Sequence record: LR535910.1
DNA length: 64,000 nucleotides
Strand: one strand, 5' to 3'
Below, piece after piece: positions 36,339 to 46,470 of this stretch (positions are counted from its first letter, which is position 1; each line of letters starts with the position of its first letter). Both the position numbers and the translations under genes were made by a program. The notes under the pieces are model-generated. The model searched no databases. It was not told the origin of the DNA and saw nothing but the letters and a program-made list of their open reading frames with translations.

Positions 36339-38192
36339 ATGGTAAAAATCGTTGACTCTAACAACAACGCTCAGCAGAACAACACTCAGACTCAAGACAC
36401 CGCACCACTGGGCGGTCTGGGCAACGAGACTGTAAAAGTGCAAACTGCTGTGCCGGGTACTTCTACTGTCAGCCAATTCGATAACGCATTTGGCATCCGC
36501 AACATCAGCACCTATGCAATGCACTTCGTCAACCTCCTGGACGAGCTGAAGAAAAGCAACGAATACCTCAACGCATTCCGCTGGGGCACCATCGCCGGCG
36601 TAGGTAACGAAATGGGTTCCGCGGCGTATGTCGCAGGCCAATGGCAGGGCCACTGGCTGTACGGTATTATCTTCTTTGAACGCGGTCAGTCTCTGCGTCT
36701 GAAAGAAACTACCAACAACGGCCAGGAAGACTACTACACCATCACTGAACTGTTCAACAAAGACGTGCTGGCAGTAGTACAGAAAAACATCATGGAAGCG
36801 CATGGTCTGACCAATGCGAACTTCATGATCATCAACTCCGTACCAGACCTGGGTAAAGTTCTGGATGCTGAGTGGGCACGTACTCTGATGGGTCAGATGA
36901 TGATGGGCATCTTCGGTCGTATCGCAGGCTACCTGGGTACGCTGAACCTGCGTAAGCATGACCGTTATCAGGCTGCAGTAATGCCGCTGGAAGATGGTGC
37001 GGTTGTGGATGCTAACGGCCACGCACAACGTGCTGATTTCGCAATCACCGTTGAGCACAGCCCAAGCAACGTATCCGACGCCACTCCGACTCTGCTGGAC
37101 ACCAATCAGGTACAGGTGTATCCGCGTGTATCCGGTACTGGTTTCGTCAACATGCGTTTCACCGGTCAGAAGCCTGTCGTTAACGGCGTTTACGACCTGA
37201 AACAGCTGCAGGCTGAAATCGTAGTAAGTCTGGTCGATTCTCAAACTGAAGGTGCAATGGCACCGTATGAACGTCAACTGCTGCTGCTGGCTGCATTTGC
37301 AGAAATCGCGGCAATCGGTGGCTGGCGTGACCTGTTTGTGAAACGTCTGAACAAACAAGATCGCAAGTTCTCCCGTGTGGCAGAATACCTGTCCTGGGGT
37401 GCTGACGCTCGTCCTGATGTATCCAAAATCGACGGTAGCCGTGAAGCCATCGAAGGTTGCCTGGATATGTTCGCACCGCGTGAAGCAGCACTGGTAGTTA
37501 GCCATCGTGCCGGTAACGGTCTGGGTGGTCTGTCTACTATGCTGTCTGAAATTGCGGTCGGTTACGACAACTCTCTGAAACAGCTGCTCGCTATTCTGAA
37601 TTCCATGTCCCCGCGTGATCAGAACGGCGAAGTTGTTGCAGCGACCAGCTTCACTGCAGTATTTGCTTCTGCACTGAAAGCACAGCTGGGCGATGCCTTC
37701 AATGGTACCATCCATTGCAGCCACATCGTGAAAGCAGCCGTACCGACTGTTTCCGGTGTTTACACCGGTACTGCACAGAAACGTAGCTTCCAGGATATGG
37801 ACCTGATTTCCGTTGTTACCAAACTGGGTGATAACGCGAACGACGTCTATAGCTACCTGAACGCACAGTCCTACAGCCACCGTGAACTGAACGAGCGTCA
37901 ACAGCGTATCTACATGCTGAAACTGGCCGCTTCTCTGTTCGCATCCAAAGCACCGCAAGCTACCGGTGAATCTCTGGATATGGCTATCAACCCGATCTTC
38001 GGTAAATGCCTGCTGGACTTCGTCCGTAACAATTGCACCTGGTCTATGACTGGTGTAAATGCCTACAACACGATGGCGACCTCTCTGTTCTTCAACAACG
38101 GTGGGGAAGACTTCACGCTGTCTGGCAACGGCCTGTCTGCAAGCGGTTCCGATTTCGGTCTGGGCGTGTCTCTGAGCAACTTCAAACTGTAA
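36339..38192 (+). CDS. chmA: Chimallin, major phage nuclear shell protein
   Basis: 617 aa; extreme high-expression codon bias; low-complexity N-terminus and extended C-terminus; directly upstream of nvRNAP beta'-N (phiKZ gp54/gp55 order); tandem early promoters. Confidence 0.8.
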   Translation: MVKIVDSNNNAQQNNTQTQDTAPLGGLGNETVKVQTAVPGTSTVSQFDNAFGIRNISTYAMHFVNLLDELKKSNEYLNAFRWGTIAGVGNEMGSAAYVAGQWQGHWLYGIIFFERGQSLRLKETTNNGQEDYYTITELFNKDVLAVVQKNIMEAHGLTNANFMIINSVPDLGKVLDAEWARTLMGQMMMGIFGRIAGYLGTLNLRKHDRYQAAVMPLEDGAVVDANGHAQRADFAITVEHSPSNVSDATPTLLDTNQVQVYPRVSGTGFVNMRFTGQKPVVNGVYDLKQLQAEIVVSLVDSQTEGAMAPYERQLLLLAAFAEIAAIGGWRDLFVKRLNKQDRKFSRVAEYLSWGADARPDVSKIDGSREAIEGCLDMFAPREAALVVSHRAGNGLGGLSTMLSEIAVGYDNSLKQLLAILNSMSPRDQNGEVVAATSFTAVFASALKAQLGDAFNGTIHCSHIVKAAVPTVSGVYTGTAQKRSFQDMDLISVVTKLGDNANDVYSYLNAQSYSHRELNERQQRIYMLKLAASLFASKAPQATGESLDMAINPIFGKCLLDFVRNNCTWSMTGVNAYNTMATSLFFNNGGEDFTLSGNGLSASGSDFGLGVSLSNFKL

Positions 38193-38221
38193 TCGAATCG
38201 GTTACTGAGTAGTTAGGAAAC

Positions 38222-38259
38222 GGACGGGGGCTAACGCCTCCGTCCTTCCCTCTTTTTTT
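38222..38259 (+). terminator. Terminator or attenuator after chmA
   Basis: GGACGGGGGC-TAAC-GCCTCCGTCC followed by a T-tract. Confidence 0.75.
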
Positions 38260-38274
38260 GTTGAGGTTGACAGA

Positions 38275-39870
38275 GTGAGAAAGGTACCAAAATTCTACGG
38301 AATATCCGGCCGGTTGGTTAGTCAGGATAACTATTTGTCCGATTTGCAAATAGAAGCTGCAGCCAAAGGTATTAAACCACCCACTATTATTAACGATGTC
38401 GCCGTTAACGGGGATGCGATCGAGGTTGCTGAACTTATCGATCGCATGGTACAGAACAGAATCGTTGACGAAGAACTGAACTCTGCACCGATTTGTAGTT
38501 TGGATTGTCCGGCACCGATCGCGCATCGTTACAATCTCGGTTGTAAGTGTCCGACGTGTGGCTATGTTGTAACTGAACATCGAATTGAATCCGATGTCTG
38601 GTTACGTGCACCTGATGAAATGGGTAACTTCGTCAACCCACGATTCTGGGCAATGTTCAATGCTTTCTTTAATAGCAAGTTGAAGAAGTTTGAACGTAAC
38701 AAGGTCACTATCGAACGCGGTAATGACTTGATGATGTGGATGATTGACCCGTATTACCGTATAGAAGAACCAGACGGTAAACGCGCACATGCTGTGAAAC
38801 GTGTATTGGAAGAACATGGTTTCGTTCGTGGCTTGCGCAATCTGGTTGATAACCACGTTAGTATCTTTAACATCCTTACCACGCCAGAAGCCTGGAAGGA
38901 AATCTTCGCACCTAATCGGCATAACGCCGCTGAAGGTGAACGCTTACGTTTACAATGGAAGGAGCTATTCGAAACGCAACGTCACGCATTCTTCCCAAGA
39001 CATTTACCGCTAATCTCCTCTAAACTTATCGTTACTGAGGAAGGTCGTCGTGGTGTCATGGTAGACCCAGTGTTCACGGGTGCTATTGACGCGGTGAAAA
39101 ATATCGCGTTGCTCTATACGCGGCGTAAAGCGATCGAACCACGTTTTCTGATTAGTCGTGCTTTGAAGGCGAACCGTCAGCTAACGTACTTCCACATGGA
39201 CTTCCGTCGTGAGTCTATGGAAGGTAAACCGGGTGACTATCGTGCGAAATTGGGTTCTACCCACATCCCGTTCGGTGGTCGTGCAACCATCTCACCTATC
39301 TCAGAACCACACGATGCCTGGAAGTTAAAAGCACCATGGCGTTGGATGGTTGGGTTGATGTCGACCCACATCGAGAACAAACTGCTACGACGGGGTTATT
39401 CGTCACGGCAATGTGAACGTATCGTTGCAAAAGCGGCAATGCAGTATGACCCGCTTGTAGATGAAATCTTTAAAGAGCTAATTCGTGAATCCCCAGGCGG
39501 TCTTGGGATCATGGTCATACCGTTACGTAACCCAACGCTGGTACAGTTGTCTATTCAAACGCTGTACATCGATGAAGTTGTTACCGATGTTAACCAGTGT
39601 TCGCTGCGTATCTCTGACCGTGTGATCAAGATGGCAAATGGAGATTTCGATGGTGACCAGTTCCAGGTACGTTTGCCAGTCGATGAAACTGAGATGAAGT
39701 TGGCGCTCCAATTCCGTCCAGATAACGGCTTTATGTCTTCTACTGATGTGGACCGCGTAGAACACGGCATGGTTTTACATAACGAGCTAATCAGTATGCA
39801 GAACCAGTTCCTTATTGAAGCAGATGAGGATGATGAAGAAGGCATTCCGTTGGAAGCGGTGATGGGCTAA
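38275..39870 (+). CDS. Non-virion RNA polymerase beta' N-terminal subunit (phiKZ gp55-like)
   Basis: Zn-binding CSLDC/CKCPTC; catalytic NGDFDGD; RNPTL; GRATISP. Confidence 0.9.
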   Translation: MRKVPKFYGISGRLVSQDNYLSDLQIEAAAKGIKPPTIINDVAVNGDAIEVAELIDRMVQNRIVDEELNSAPICSLDCPAPIAHRYNLGCKCPTCGYVVTEHRIESDVWLRAPDEMGNFVNPRFWAMFNAFFNSKLKKFERNKVTIERGNDLMMWMIDPYYRIEEPDGKRAHAVKRVLEEHGFVRGLRNLVDNHVSIFNILTTPEAWKEIFAPNRHNAAEGERLRLQWKELFETQRHAFFPRHLPLISSKLIVTEEGRRGVMVDPVFTGAIDAVKNIALLYTRRKAIEPRFLISRALKANRQLTYFHMDFRRESMEGKPGDYRAKLGSTHIPFGGRATISPISEPHDAWKLKAPWRWMVGLMSTHIENKLLRRGYSSRQCERIVAKAAMQYDPLVDEIFKELIRESPGGLGIMVIPLRNPTLVQLSIQTLYIDEVVTDVNQCSLRISDRVIKMANGDFDGDQFQVRLPVDETEMKLALQFRPDNGFMSSTDVDRVEHGMVLHNELISMQNQFLIEADEDDEEGIPLEAVMG

Positions 39871-39883
39871 TAGGAGTATTGTA

Positions 39884-40465
39884 ATGTGGCTACAAGGTAG
39901 CACGGTGTGGACGAAACAGACCGAAGGTAGCGGGGCACTCAGCGTATTCAAAGAATCGTTTTCGCTGTCTAGCCTGGCACCCGATCTCGTTGACCGTGTA
40001 AAAGAACATTGTCAGGACTTAATCTCACTGGAGCGTTTCCGTGAAACATTCAGTACCGCACGTAAATTGCGTTATAGCGATGCGGTAGAGATGGTAAGAC
40101 AGATCGAAGAGTTGGGTGAATTCCAGTTCGCCAATGCTGCTTTACAGCCATTCCTCGTTGCCATGCCGGAATATCGTAAGTTGTATAATGACGGTATGGC
40201 GACTGGTTATGAGAACGGCTTTTCGCGGTTGGATGTGTTCAAAGGCAATGCGTATATGCGTACCGATGACCACTTCCGCGAAGCAACATCGGGCATTTCG
40301 ACGAAGTACGATGAAGATAAGATTTGGCAATGGGCTACCAATGAAGATCGTGCAGTACGACTGAGTCGAATCGATAAAGTGGATATTCAACTTAACTGGG
40401 CACGCATGTCAGCTTTCGACTGGGAAGATGGTGATCCCTGTTCGGAACTTGGCGCGACGTGTTAA
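39884..40465 (+). CDS. Conserved hypothetical protein
   Basis: 193 aa; AGGAG SD. Confidence 0.75.
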   Translation: MWLQGSTVWTKQTEGSGALSVFKESFSLSSLAPDLVDRVKEHCQDLISLERFRETFSTARKLRYSDAVEMVRQIEELGEFQFANAALQPFLVAMPEYRKLYNDGMATGYENGFSRLDVFKGNAYMRTDDHFREATSGISTKYDEDKIWQWATNEDRAVRLSRIDKVDIQLNWARMSAFDWEDGDPCSELGATC

Positions 40466-40495
40466 AAAGATGGGGCTTCGGCCCCTCTTTTTTTC
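40466..40495 (+). terminator. Intrinsic terminator
   Basis: GGGGC-TTCG-GCCCC followed by a T-tract. Confidence 0.8.
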
Positions 40496-40510
40496 TTCAC
40501 TGGGGGCTGT

Positions 40511-40936
40511 ATGCAGCATCCTATATTGGCGTATATCGAGGGCTTGGTAGCACGGTATCGATACCGACCATTACCCAAGAAAGTACGTGAAGAAGCTTTG
40601 TCAGTTTATCAGCAACACTTAAACGGGTTCGATAAGGTAAGGGCTGCCACAATAGGTGGCGTGTCTGTGTGCCTACGTTGGAACCGTGTGGTGGTTGGTG
40701 ATTATGGTGCGTATCTCGAGATAGATGAGAAGGATCTGCTCGTTGGATTGGATGTGCCTCCTGAACAAGCCTGGCGGTTAGACGAAGAGTATATCGCTGG
40801 CCGTAAGCTGAGTATCAAATATCATTGGTTAACATTTCGGGGTGTAAAAGTTTACCATCAAGTCGACACCGTTAAGTATGCGGACTATCGACCGGGCAAA
40901 TATTACATTTCCGTCCTTGAATTTGACAGGAGCTAA
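40511..40936 (+). CDS. Hypothetical protein
   Basis: 141 aa; VVVGDYGAYLEI...VYHQVDTVKYADY...GKYYI pattern. Confidence 0.7.
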   Translation: MQHPILAYIEGLVARYRYRPLPKKVREEALSVYQQHLNGFDKVRAATIGGVSVCLRWNRVVVGDYGAYLEIDEKDLLVGLDVPPEQAWRLDEEYIAGRKLSIKYHWLTFRGVKVYHQVDTVKYADYRPGKYYISVLEFDRS

Positions 40937-40937
40937 C

Positions 40938-41324
40938 ATGATTGCGGTAGGAACCTTATCCACACGTGGCTGGGCACGTACACCCCAGGAAAAGGCGCGT
41001 GAGTTGATGAACCATTACACCGAGTCTGGCTATAGCCAATCGGTGGTATATCGTGGGAACATTAAATCACTCGCGTATACGCAAGCTGTGTTTGCACAAG
41101 ATCCCGACGGGATGGTTGCCCAGATTAAAATGGATTTGGAGAACCTCTACGGGAACGTATTTCCTGCTGGCGTTGAAGTTGAAACCAGCTGGGAGTTTTT
41201 AAAAGATTCAGATGTGCGTTACCGCATCTTCATTAGTGTCCGTGTGCAAGAAGTTGTAGACGGTGAATGGTACGATGTTGAGCGGTACGTGGATACCGAG
41301 TCGAGTGCGATTGAGGATATGTAA
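40938..41324 (+). CDS. Conserved small protein, possibly T4 gp25-like baseplate wedge/sheath initiator
   Basis: 128 aa; AGGAG SD; TLSTRGW...SQS pattern. The gp25-like fold is inferred. Confidence 0.45.
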   Translation: MIAVGTLSTRGWARTPQEKARELMNHYTESGYSQSVVYRGNIKSLAYTQAVFAQDPDGMVAQIKMDLENLYGNVFPAGVEVETSWEFLKDSDVRYRIFISVRVQEVVDGEWYDVERYVDTESSAIEDM

Positions 41325-41998
41325 TGAGCCAGGAACCTACATTTAACGGTGTACCGTTAAGTCAGATGAATGAGCAGATGCGCTTTGAGTATAACAAACT
41401 CAAAGAGATTGAAAACGATTTGGCGGAAAGCCAGAACGTCTGTAGTGTCTTCACCGAAGCACAGTTCCGTCGACAGGGCTTACCACTGCTGTCCGGGATG
41501 CTTGATGGTACTTTTAACGAAGAGACCTGGACGGCTTACGTAGGAAGTCCATTTGTACCCCTACAGATTGTGGACGATGCTGATAACAGCAAACTGCTAT
41601 TTACCATCCCTGCTCTGTTGAACACCGGTCGCTCGTTAATCACCGTTGACGGCGAACCCTCCCTCTCCGATGAGACTGAGTACATCCGTCGTCAGGTTGA
41701 TGTGATTGCAACCGTCGGTGAAACCCAGATGTACAAGATGATCGATTACACCTTAACCGGGATCGAAAATATGTCTCTGGCTGAAAATTCAGTTCGTGCG
41801 AAGTACATTATTGACTTGCTGAACTGGATTTTCCGACGCTACGGTGTGGGTGGTCAATTGCCATATCCGGAAGGGTTGGTTGAATACGTCGATAAAATTA
41901 CCGGCGGTAAAAACACAGCGACAGCTGCAGAGACTTCGGTGCAAGCCCCAGCTCAAACGCAGCCAATCGTAGGGATCGGTGATGGAGAAGATTACTAA
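41324..41998 (+). CDS. Conserved hypothetical protein
   Basis: 224 aa; TAATG overlap. Confidence 0.75.
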   Translation: MSQEPTFNGVPLSQMNEQMRFEYNKLKEIENDLAESQNVCSVFTEAQFRRQGLPLLSGMLDGTFNEETWTAYVGSPFVPLQIVDDADNSKLLFTIPALLNTGRSLITVDGEPSLSDETEYIRRQVDVIATVGETQMYKMIDYTLTGIENMSLAENSVRAKYIIDLLNWIFRRYGVGGQLPYPEGLVEYVDKITGGKNTATAAETSVQAPAQTQPIVGIGDGEDY

Positions 41999-43130
41999 AC
42001 CTCCTAAGAAACCAGAAGGCGTTAAGCGCCTTTTGAACACTAACGATATCCATTTGTTGCATAAACGTGTGCCTACTTGGCACATCGTGGATGTGATACG
42101 TGAGGTACTCATTAGCTGCGAAAATACGCTTGATGCCTTTTATATAGCAGGGGATTTATTTGATGATTCCCGACATCTTCGCCAGGAAGATTCTCAAGAA
42201 GCTGTGGGCTTCTTGACGTGGTTGCTCCAGTGGTCTAAGGCCACTAATACCGCAGTTCGCATCGTTGAGGGAACACCGTCCCATGACCATGGCCAGTCCA
42301 AAATAGTTGAGTCGCTGAACATCAGTATAGGCGCAGACTGTTTGTATTTGGCAGGGATCGGGATATTTTACGATCCGGCTCTCGATGCGATGGTAGGTTG
42401 GGTGCAGGACGAATATAAAGCTGCTGGCGTCGATGAAATTAATGCTGCTGCCACTGAGGCAGAAATGGCAGAACTGATGGCGACACGAGGCTTGGAGAAG
42501 TTAGACTTTATCTTCATGCACGGCTGCTTCCAGTTTCAACTCCCTGTCGAGTCCCCTCGTTCTTTCCACGAGGAGTTCTGGTTGCCGAGAGTCAAGCACC
42601 TGATATTTATCGGGCATGACCATCGACCCAAGGAATTAGACAAGATAAGAGTTGTAGGTAGTCCTGAGCGACTATCTCAAGGTGAAGAGGAGGACAAAGG
42701 CGTAGCTCTTGTCGATTTCACCGATACGGTTGCCAGGGATTATTTCCTGGTTAACCCACGCGCGTGCCCGCAGAAAAAGATTCGGGCACAGGAAGACTTT
42801 GATGCGCAGTTAGCAGCTTGTCTTTCTGCATTAGAATACATCGACAATCATCCCTCGTCCGCTATTGGGCGATTTGAGGTCGAGTATTACGCAGGCTCAC
42901 CGATGGCCGAATACGTCAGTCGGTGGAAAAAAGAATACACGTTCCACATTTCTGGAGAGCGTGTGCGCTCCTCTGAAGAGGAGGAGTTGTTAGTGAAGAG
43001 TTTTTCGAACGAGGCCCCAGTGTACGAAAAACCTACTCCTGAGAACTTCGAACGGTTGGTTCTCGAAGAGCTAACATCAGTGAAGTACGACCCTGATGTT
43101 GTTACTGCAATCATTAGGAAAATAGAATGA
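41979..43130 (+). CDS. sbcD: SbcD/Mre11-like metallophosphoesterase nuclease
   Basis: DIH, AGDLFD, EGTPSHD, MHG and GHDH metallophosphoesterase motifs. Confidence 0.85.
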   Translation: MMEKITKPPKKPEGVKRLLNTNDIHLLHKRVPTWHIVDVIREVLISCENTLDAFYIAGDLFDDSRHLRQEDSQEAVGFLTWLLQWSKATNTAVRIVEGTPSHDHGQSKIVESLNISIGADCLYLAGIGIFYDPALDAMVGWVQDEYKAAGVDEINAAATEAEMAELMATRGLEKLDFIFMHGCFQFQLPVESPRSFHEEFWLPRVKHLIFIGHDHRPKELDKIRVVGSPERLSQGEEEDKGVALVDFTDTVARDYFLVNPRACPQKKIRAQEDFDAQLAACLSALEYIDNHPSSAIGRFEVEYYAGSPMAEYVSRWKKEYTFHISGERVRSSEEEELLVKSFSNEAPVYEKPTPENFERLVLEELTSVKYDPDVVTAIIRKIE

Positions 43131-43963
43131 ATCCAATCAGTGTTGATCGCACTTTCGGGTTCTATTCAGTGTCAATCGCCAGTTCGCTGGCGTTTGAAGG
43201 TCTGCTGCATACCGGCGAATACGCCGACTGGAAAGGCGAATTGCCTATCCATTCCTATCAGGAAATATACCTGAATCTCCGGACATTGTTCCGTAACGCC
43301 TTCTATGCGTTTGAAGAGAATAGAGAACGGTTAACACCCGACGTGATGCTAACATCGATTGAAGAAGATATTAATAATCTTACGGCTACCGCGAGAGCGG
43401 TAGCCCCTTCGGTGTTATGCGTTCCGTACCTTTGTAGCTATCGTAGCGCTAACAAAGTGTTTCCCGAAGCCTCGTTCAAAAACATTGCAGGCGGTCAGGA
43501 TAAGATGACGCCAAACCAGCTGCACTATAATGCACTGGAACACGACACCTTAAAAATGTACGGTGAGAAACACGAAAATGACTTCCGTCAATTCGATGTT
43601 TTCCCAGAGGGTAGCCGCGACACACTGTTACTGACCCACATGCCAGCTGATCTCCTGGCACGTAAAGATTTCCCTAAACTGGGTTTGTTGGAATCGCACA
43701 CCGGTAAAGTGAAAACACAACTGGAGTGGTACACCAAACTTAACGGGAAACCCCAACATATTCCGTTTAACAAAGCGTTCCTGACGTTGTTTGGCGACGG
43801 GATAATGTTTTCACCCCTCGATCGCAAAACGCGTGGGGTGGTGTTAAAAACCGCAGAGAAGTACAGCTGGAAACAGGATACCACAATGGACCGTATTTAT
43901 AACTGTCTAAAACTGGTGAATGAGCCATTTGTAATTGAACTGCTCCGCAGGCTTATGAAGTAA
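43127..43963 (+). CDS. Conserved Chimalliviridae core protein (phiKZ gp66-like)
   Basis: 278 aa; R.FG.YSVSIASSLAFE N-terminus; synteny between SbcD and ChmC. Confidence 0.65.
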   Translation: MNPISVDRTFGFYSVSIASSLAFEGLLHTGEYADWKGELPIHSYQEIYLNLRTLFRNAFYAFEENRERLTPDVMLTSIEEDINNLTATARAVAPSVLCVPYLCSYRSANKVFPEASFKNIAGGQDKMTPNQLHYNALEHDTLKMYGEKHENDFRQFDVFPEGSRDTLLLTHMPADLLARKDFPKLGLLESHTGKVKTQLEWYTKLNGKPQHIPFNKAFLTLFGDGIMFSPLDRKTRGVVLKTAEKYSWKQDTTMDRIYNCLKLVNEPFVIELLRRLMK

Positions 43964-43966
43964 GTT

Positions 43967-43994
43967 AAAATTTACGTTAGTGGGACATCATGTG
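43967..43994 (+). promoter_or_regulatory. Putative middle promoter
   Basis: AAAATTTAC-N11-ATCATGTG. Confidence 0.5.
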
Positions 43995-44028
43995 TGAACC
44001 ACTAGACTGCTTTTCCGAAAAGGATGAA

Positions 44029-44688
44029 ATGATGATTAACCAAGAAATTTTCAAAGACAAATGGCTTTACCCGCAGACCGAACCGGATCAGCAAAACCGT
44101 ACGCGTAAACTCAACATCGAACCGAATGATTTCAACGGTGATGTTGAAACTATGAAGTTTAGCTACTCCTTTGGTAAGGGCGAAGGTCTCTATTTCTCTG
44201 CGCCGATTACGGTTTGCCGTACCATTATCGAAGCTCTGCAGGATTGTCTGCGTAAGAGCGAAAAGAGTATGCTGAAGTTTACTAACGAAAACGGCAACAA
44301 ACCGCCCGTTAGTCTGATTGTTGGCCGTGAAGACAACCTGGTACCGTTCATCGCTATTGCCGGTGAAATCCAGGGCGTTGGTGCCCGCCAGAAGAAGTTC
44401 TACTTCTCCTACCCGAAAGGTTTCCGTATTTTCCGCGACGGCCAGCAGGTTTCTGATTTAGAACTTGCCGAGCGCTGCGCACGTGCGTTTATCACTAACT
44501 TCGAGAAGTTCTTACAGAACCTGGAAGAGAAATATAAGCCGCGTGAATTCCAGCAAGGTGGTGGTAGCTTCGGTCGTGGTGGATACGGCGGTGGCCAGGG
44601 TGGTGGTCAGCGTAGCGGCGGCGGTTATCAACAGCAGCAACAATCTGCACCTCCAGCAACCACTGATTCTTACGACGAATTCCTCTAA
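44029..44688 (+). CDS. chmC: ChmC-like nucleus-associated RNA-binding protein (phiKZ gp67-like)
   Basis: Directly upstream of the sigma-like nvRNAP subunit; RGG/YGG/polyQ disordered tail ending DSYDEFL; AAGGA SD. Confidence 0.6.
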   Translation: MMINQEIFKDKWLYPQTEPDQQNRTRKLNIEPNDFNGDVETMKFSYSFGKGEGLYFSAPITVCRTIIEALQDCLRKSEKSMLKFTNENGNKPPVSLIVGREDNLVPFIAIAGEIQGVGARQKKFYFSYPKGFRIFRDGQQVSDLELAERCARAFITNFEKFLQNLEEKYKPREFQQGGGSFGRGGYGGGQGGGQRSGGGYQQQQQSAPPATTDSYDEFL

Positions 44689-44694
44689 GAAACA

Positions 44695-44732
44695 AAATAA
44701 AAAATACGCCCAAGGGAAACCTTGGGCTATTA
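44695..44732. terminator. Hairpin/terminator after the chmC-like gene
   Basis: GCCCAAGG-GAAA-CCTTGGGC; the following U-tract is weak. Confidence 0.5.
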
Positions 44733-44774
44733 ACGCTTATGCGTGGTCCTGCAACACACACTGTAAGAAGATTG

Positions 44775-44794
44775 AGATAGATATTATCTCAGTG
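44775..44794 (+). promoter_or_regulatory. Putative early promoter
   Basis: AGATAGATATTATCTCAGTG. Confidence 0.75.
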
Positions 44795-44823
44795 CAATCG
44801 ACTATTCGCGGAGTTCAACTATA

Positions 44824-46458
44824 ATGAAAATTATGAAGATTAAAGACCGGATGACAATCGAGCATCATGGTCAAGAGGTCACGTTTATTGGCTTACGTTA
44901 TCGGAAGGATAACAACGCACCCGACTACATCACTGTTAAAGGTAAACAGATTGCACGCGACAACATTCTCTTCATGGAATTACAACGCGTGTGGGATTAT
45001 TTAACGCCAGACGAACAAGATGAACTGTTCATGGCGTATCTGATGCTGGACGAGCTGGCAAACGAATCGACGGAAACGCAGCGTAAGCACATGCCGAAGA
45101 TTGTGCAGACGATTGCGAAGTTCCACAAGGCCGAAGTGTATCGTAAGCTGTATCCCATCGATAAGCTGTGGATTCCGCAGAACATGGAAGATACGCACGA
45201 TGAAATGAACAGTAATTATCCGGAAGCGATGACGTACATTCGTCCGGACTATTACGAGTTGTTGATACTGGTCCTGATGATTAAACCGTATATTCCGGTG
45301 TTCCTCACCATGGGGACGTTCCCGATAGGTAAGAACTTGCCAATCGAAACACACCGGAAAATGGTGTACAATCTGACATACTGTCTGGAGATGCTTCAAG
45401 ACACGGAAGTCATGTCTTTACCTGCTATTCCGAAACTGCGTGGGTTCCTACAGACAGTGATGGAAAAGGTAGAAAAAGAACTGGCAAACAAAGGTACGAA
45501 CAGCACCAGTTTGTCGGTACTGGCTACGGTGCGGGGCTATGGCACGGATATGATGGAAGATTATATCCTGGCGTATGCTATTATTAAATTGTTGGCTGTC
45601 CGTGAAGTCGGTGGTGAATTACCGGTTGAAATCATGGTTAACAACAATATCGTCACCGGCATGTATTTTCTGGTTAAACAAGAGATTGAAACAGGTTTTG
45701 CAAACAAAATCTCTAACCAGCCGGTGCTGTTAAAAGCGCATCCGGAAAGTGTGGTATTCAATGGCGAAAAGGGTAAGATAAACGCCATGGATTTGGTGCA
45801 GGCACGTTCTCCTGCACAGATGAAAGAATACGTCCGTACCGAGTACGTATTTAAAGAATACCGCTCTTTCTTGAAAACAATGCGTCTGGATAATGCCGCT
45901 CCAGCAGATGTTAAGTTATTGATTGATTCGCAACTGGCAACACATGACGGTCCTGTCTATACGTTGCACGAATGGTTAGTCGCATTAGCACTCCATCGTA
46001 GCGCGCATTATAAGACGTATACTGAATGTGGACCAGAAGCGTTTCGCTACGGTATGGCGTTGGCACAGGCAACTTATCTCAATTATGGAATGTATGACGT
46101 TGCGCAACTATTAAGTTGCAATATGGTGCGTTCTGAGATGTCCGCCGGTTATGCAGCCGACCCAATTCGATCTGAACTCAAAGCAGATTTAGATAGATAT
46201 TATCTTCAGGAGTATCGCAACCCGCGTAATCTCGAACCGCAATCTACACCACGGGAATCACTGACCTTGTTACACAAGGATCACATCAACCCGTATCTGT
46301 TCCATCTCAGGGCTACACCAGAAGCAGCTGCGCTGCTGAAGTGTGAGACGGATCAGCCAAACTATATACCTCACTTGTCACTGCACAATAGCCTGGCGGA
46401 GTTTATGGTGTTGAATGCACGTCGCAAGTTAGAAGAAGTTGAATGGTTTAATTCTTAA
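44824..46458 (+). CDS. nvRNAP promoter-specificity (sigma-like) subunit (phiKZ gp68-like)
   Basis: 544 aa, helical; position in the conserved gp67-68-69-70-71/73-74-75 block; early promoter upstream. Confidence 0.65.
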   Translation: MKIMKIKDRMTIEHHGQEVTFIGLRYRKDNNAPDYITVKGKQIARDNILFMELQRVWDYLTPDEQDELFMAYLMLDELANESTETQRKHMPKIVQTIAKFHKAEVYRKLYPIDKLWIPQNMEDTHDEMNSNYPEAMTYIRPDYYELLILVLMIKPYIPVFLTMGTFPIGKNLPIETHRKMVYNLTYCLEMLQDTEVMSLPAIPKLRGFLQTVMEKVEKELANKGTNSTSLSVLATVRGYGTDMMEDYILAYAIIKLLAVREVGGELPVEIMVNNNIVTGMYFLVKQEIETGFANKISNQPVLLKAHPESVVFNGEKGKINAMDLVQARSPAQMKEYVRTEYVFKEYRSFLKTMRLDNAAPADVKLLIDSQLATHDGPVYTLHEWLVALALHRSAHYKTYTECGPEAFRYGMALAQATYLNYGMYDVAQLLSCNMVRSEMSAGYAADPIRSELKADLDRYYLQEYRNPRNLEPQSTPRESLTLLHKDHINPYLFHLRATPEAAALLKCETDQPNYIPHLSLHNSLAEFMVLNARRKLEEVEWFNS

Positions 46459-46470
46459 GGAGTATTTAAA

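Noticed and set aside
36228-37958. 576-aa antisense ORF across chimallin
   Set aside because: Shadow of strongly biased codon usage (few TTA/CTA/TCA codons on the sense strand); no SD and no recognisable motifs.
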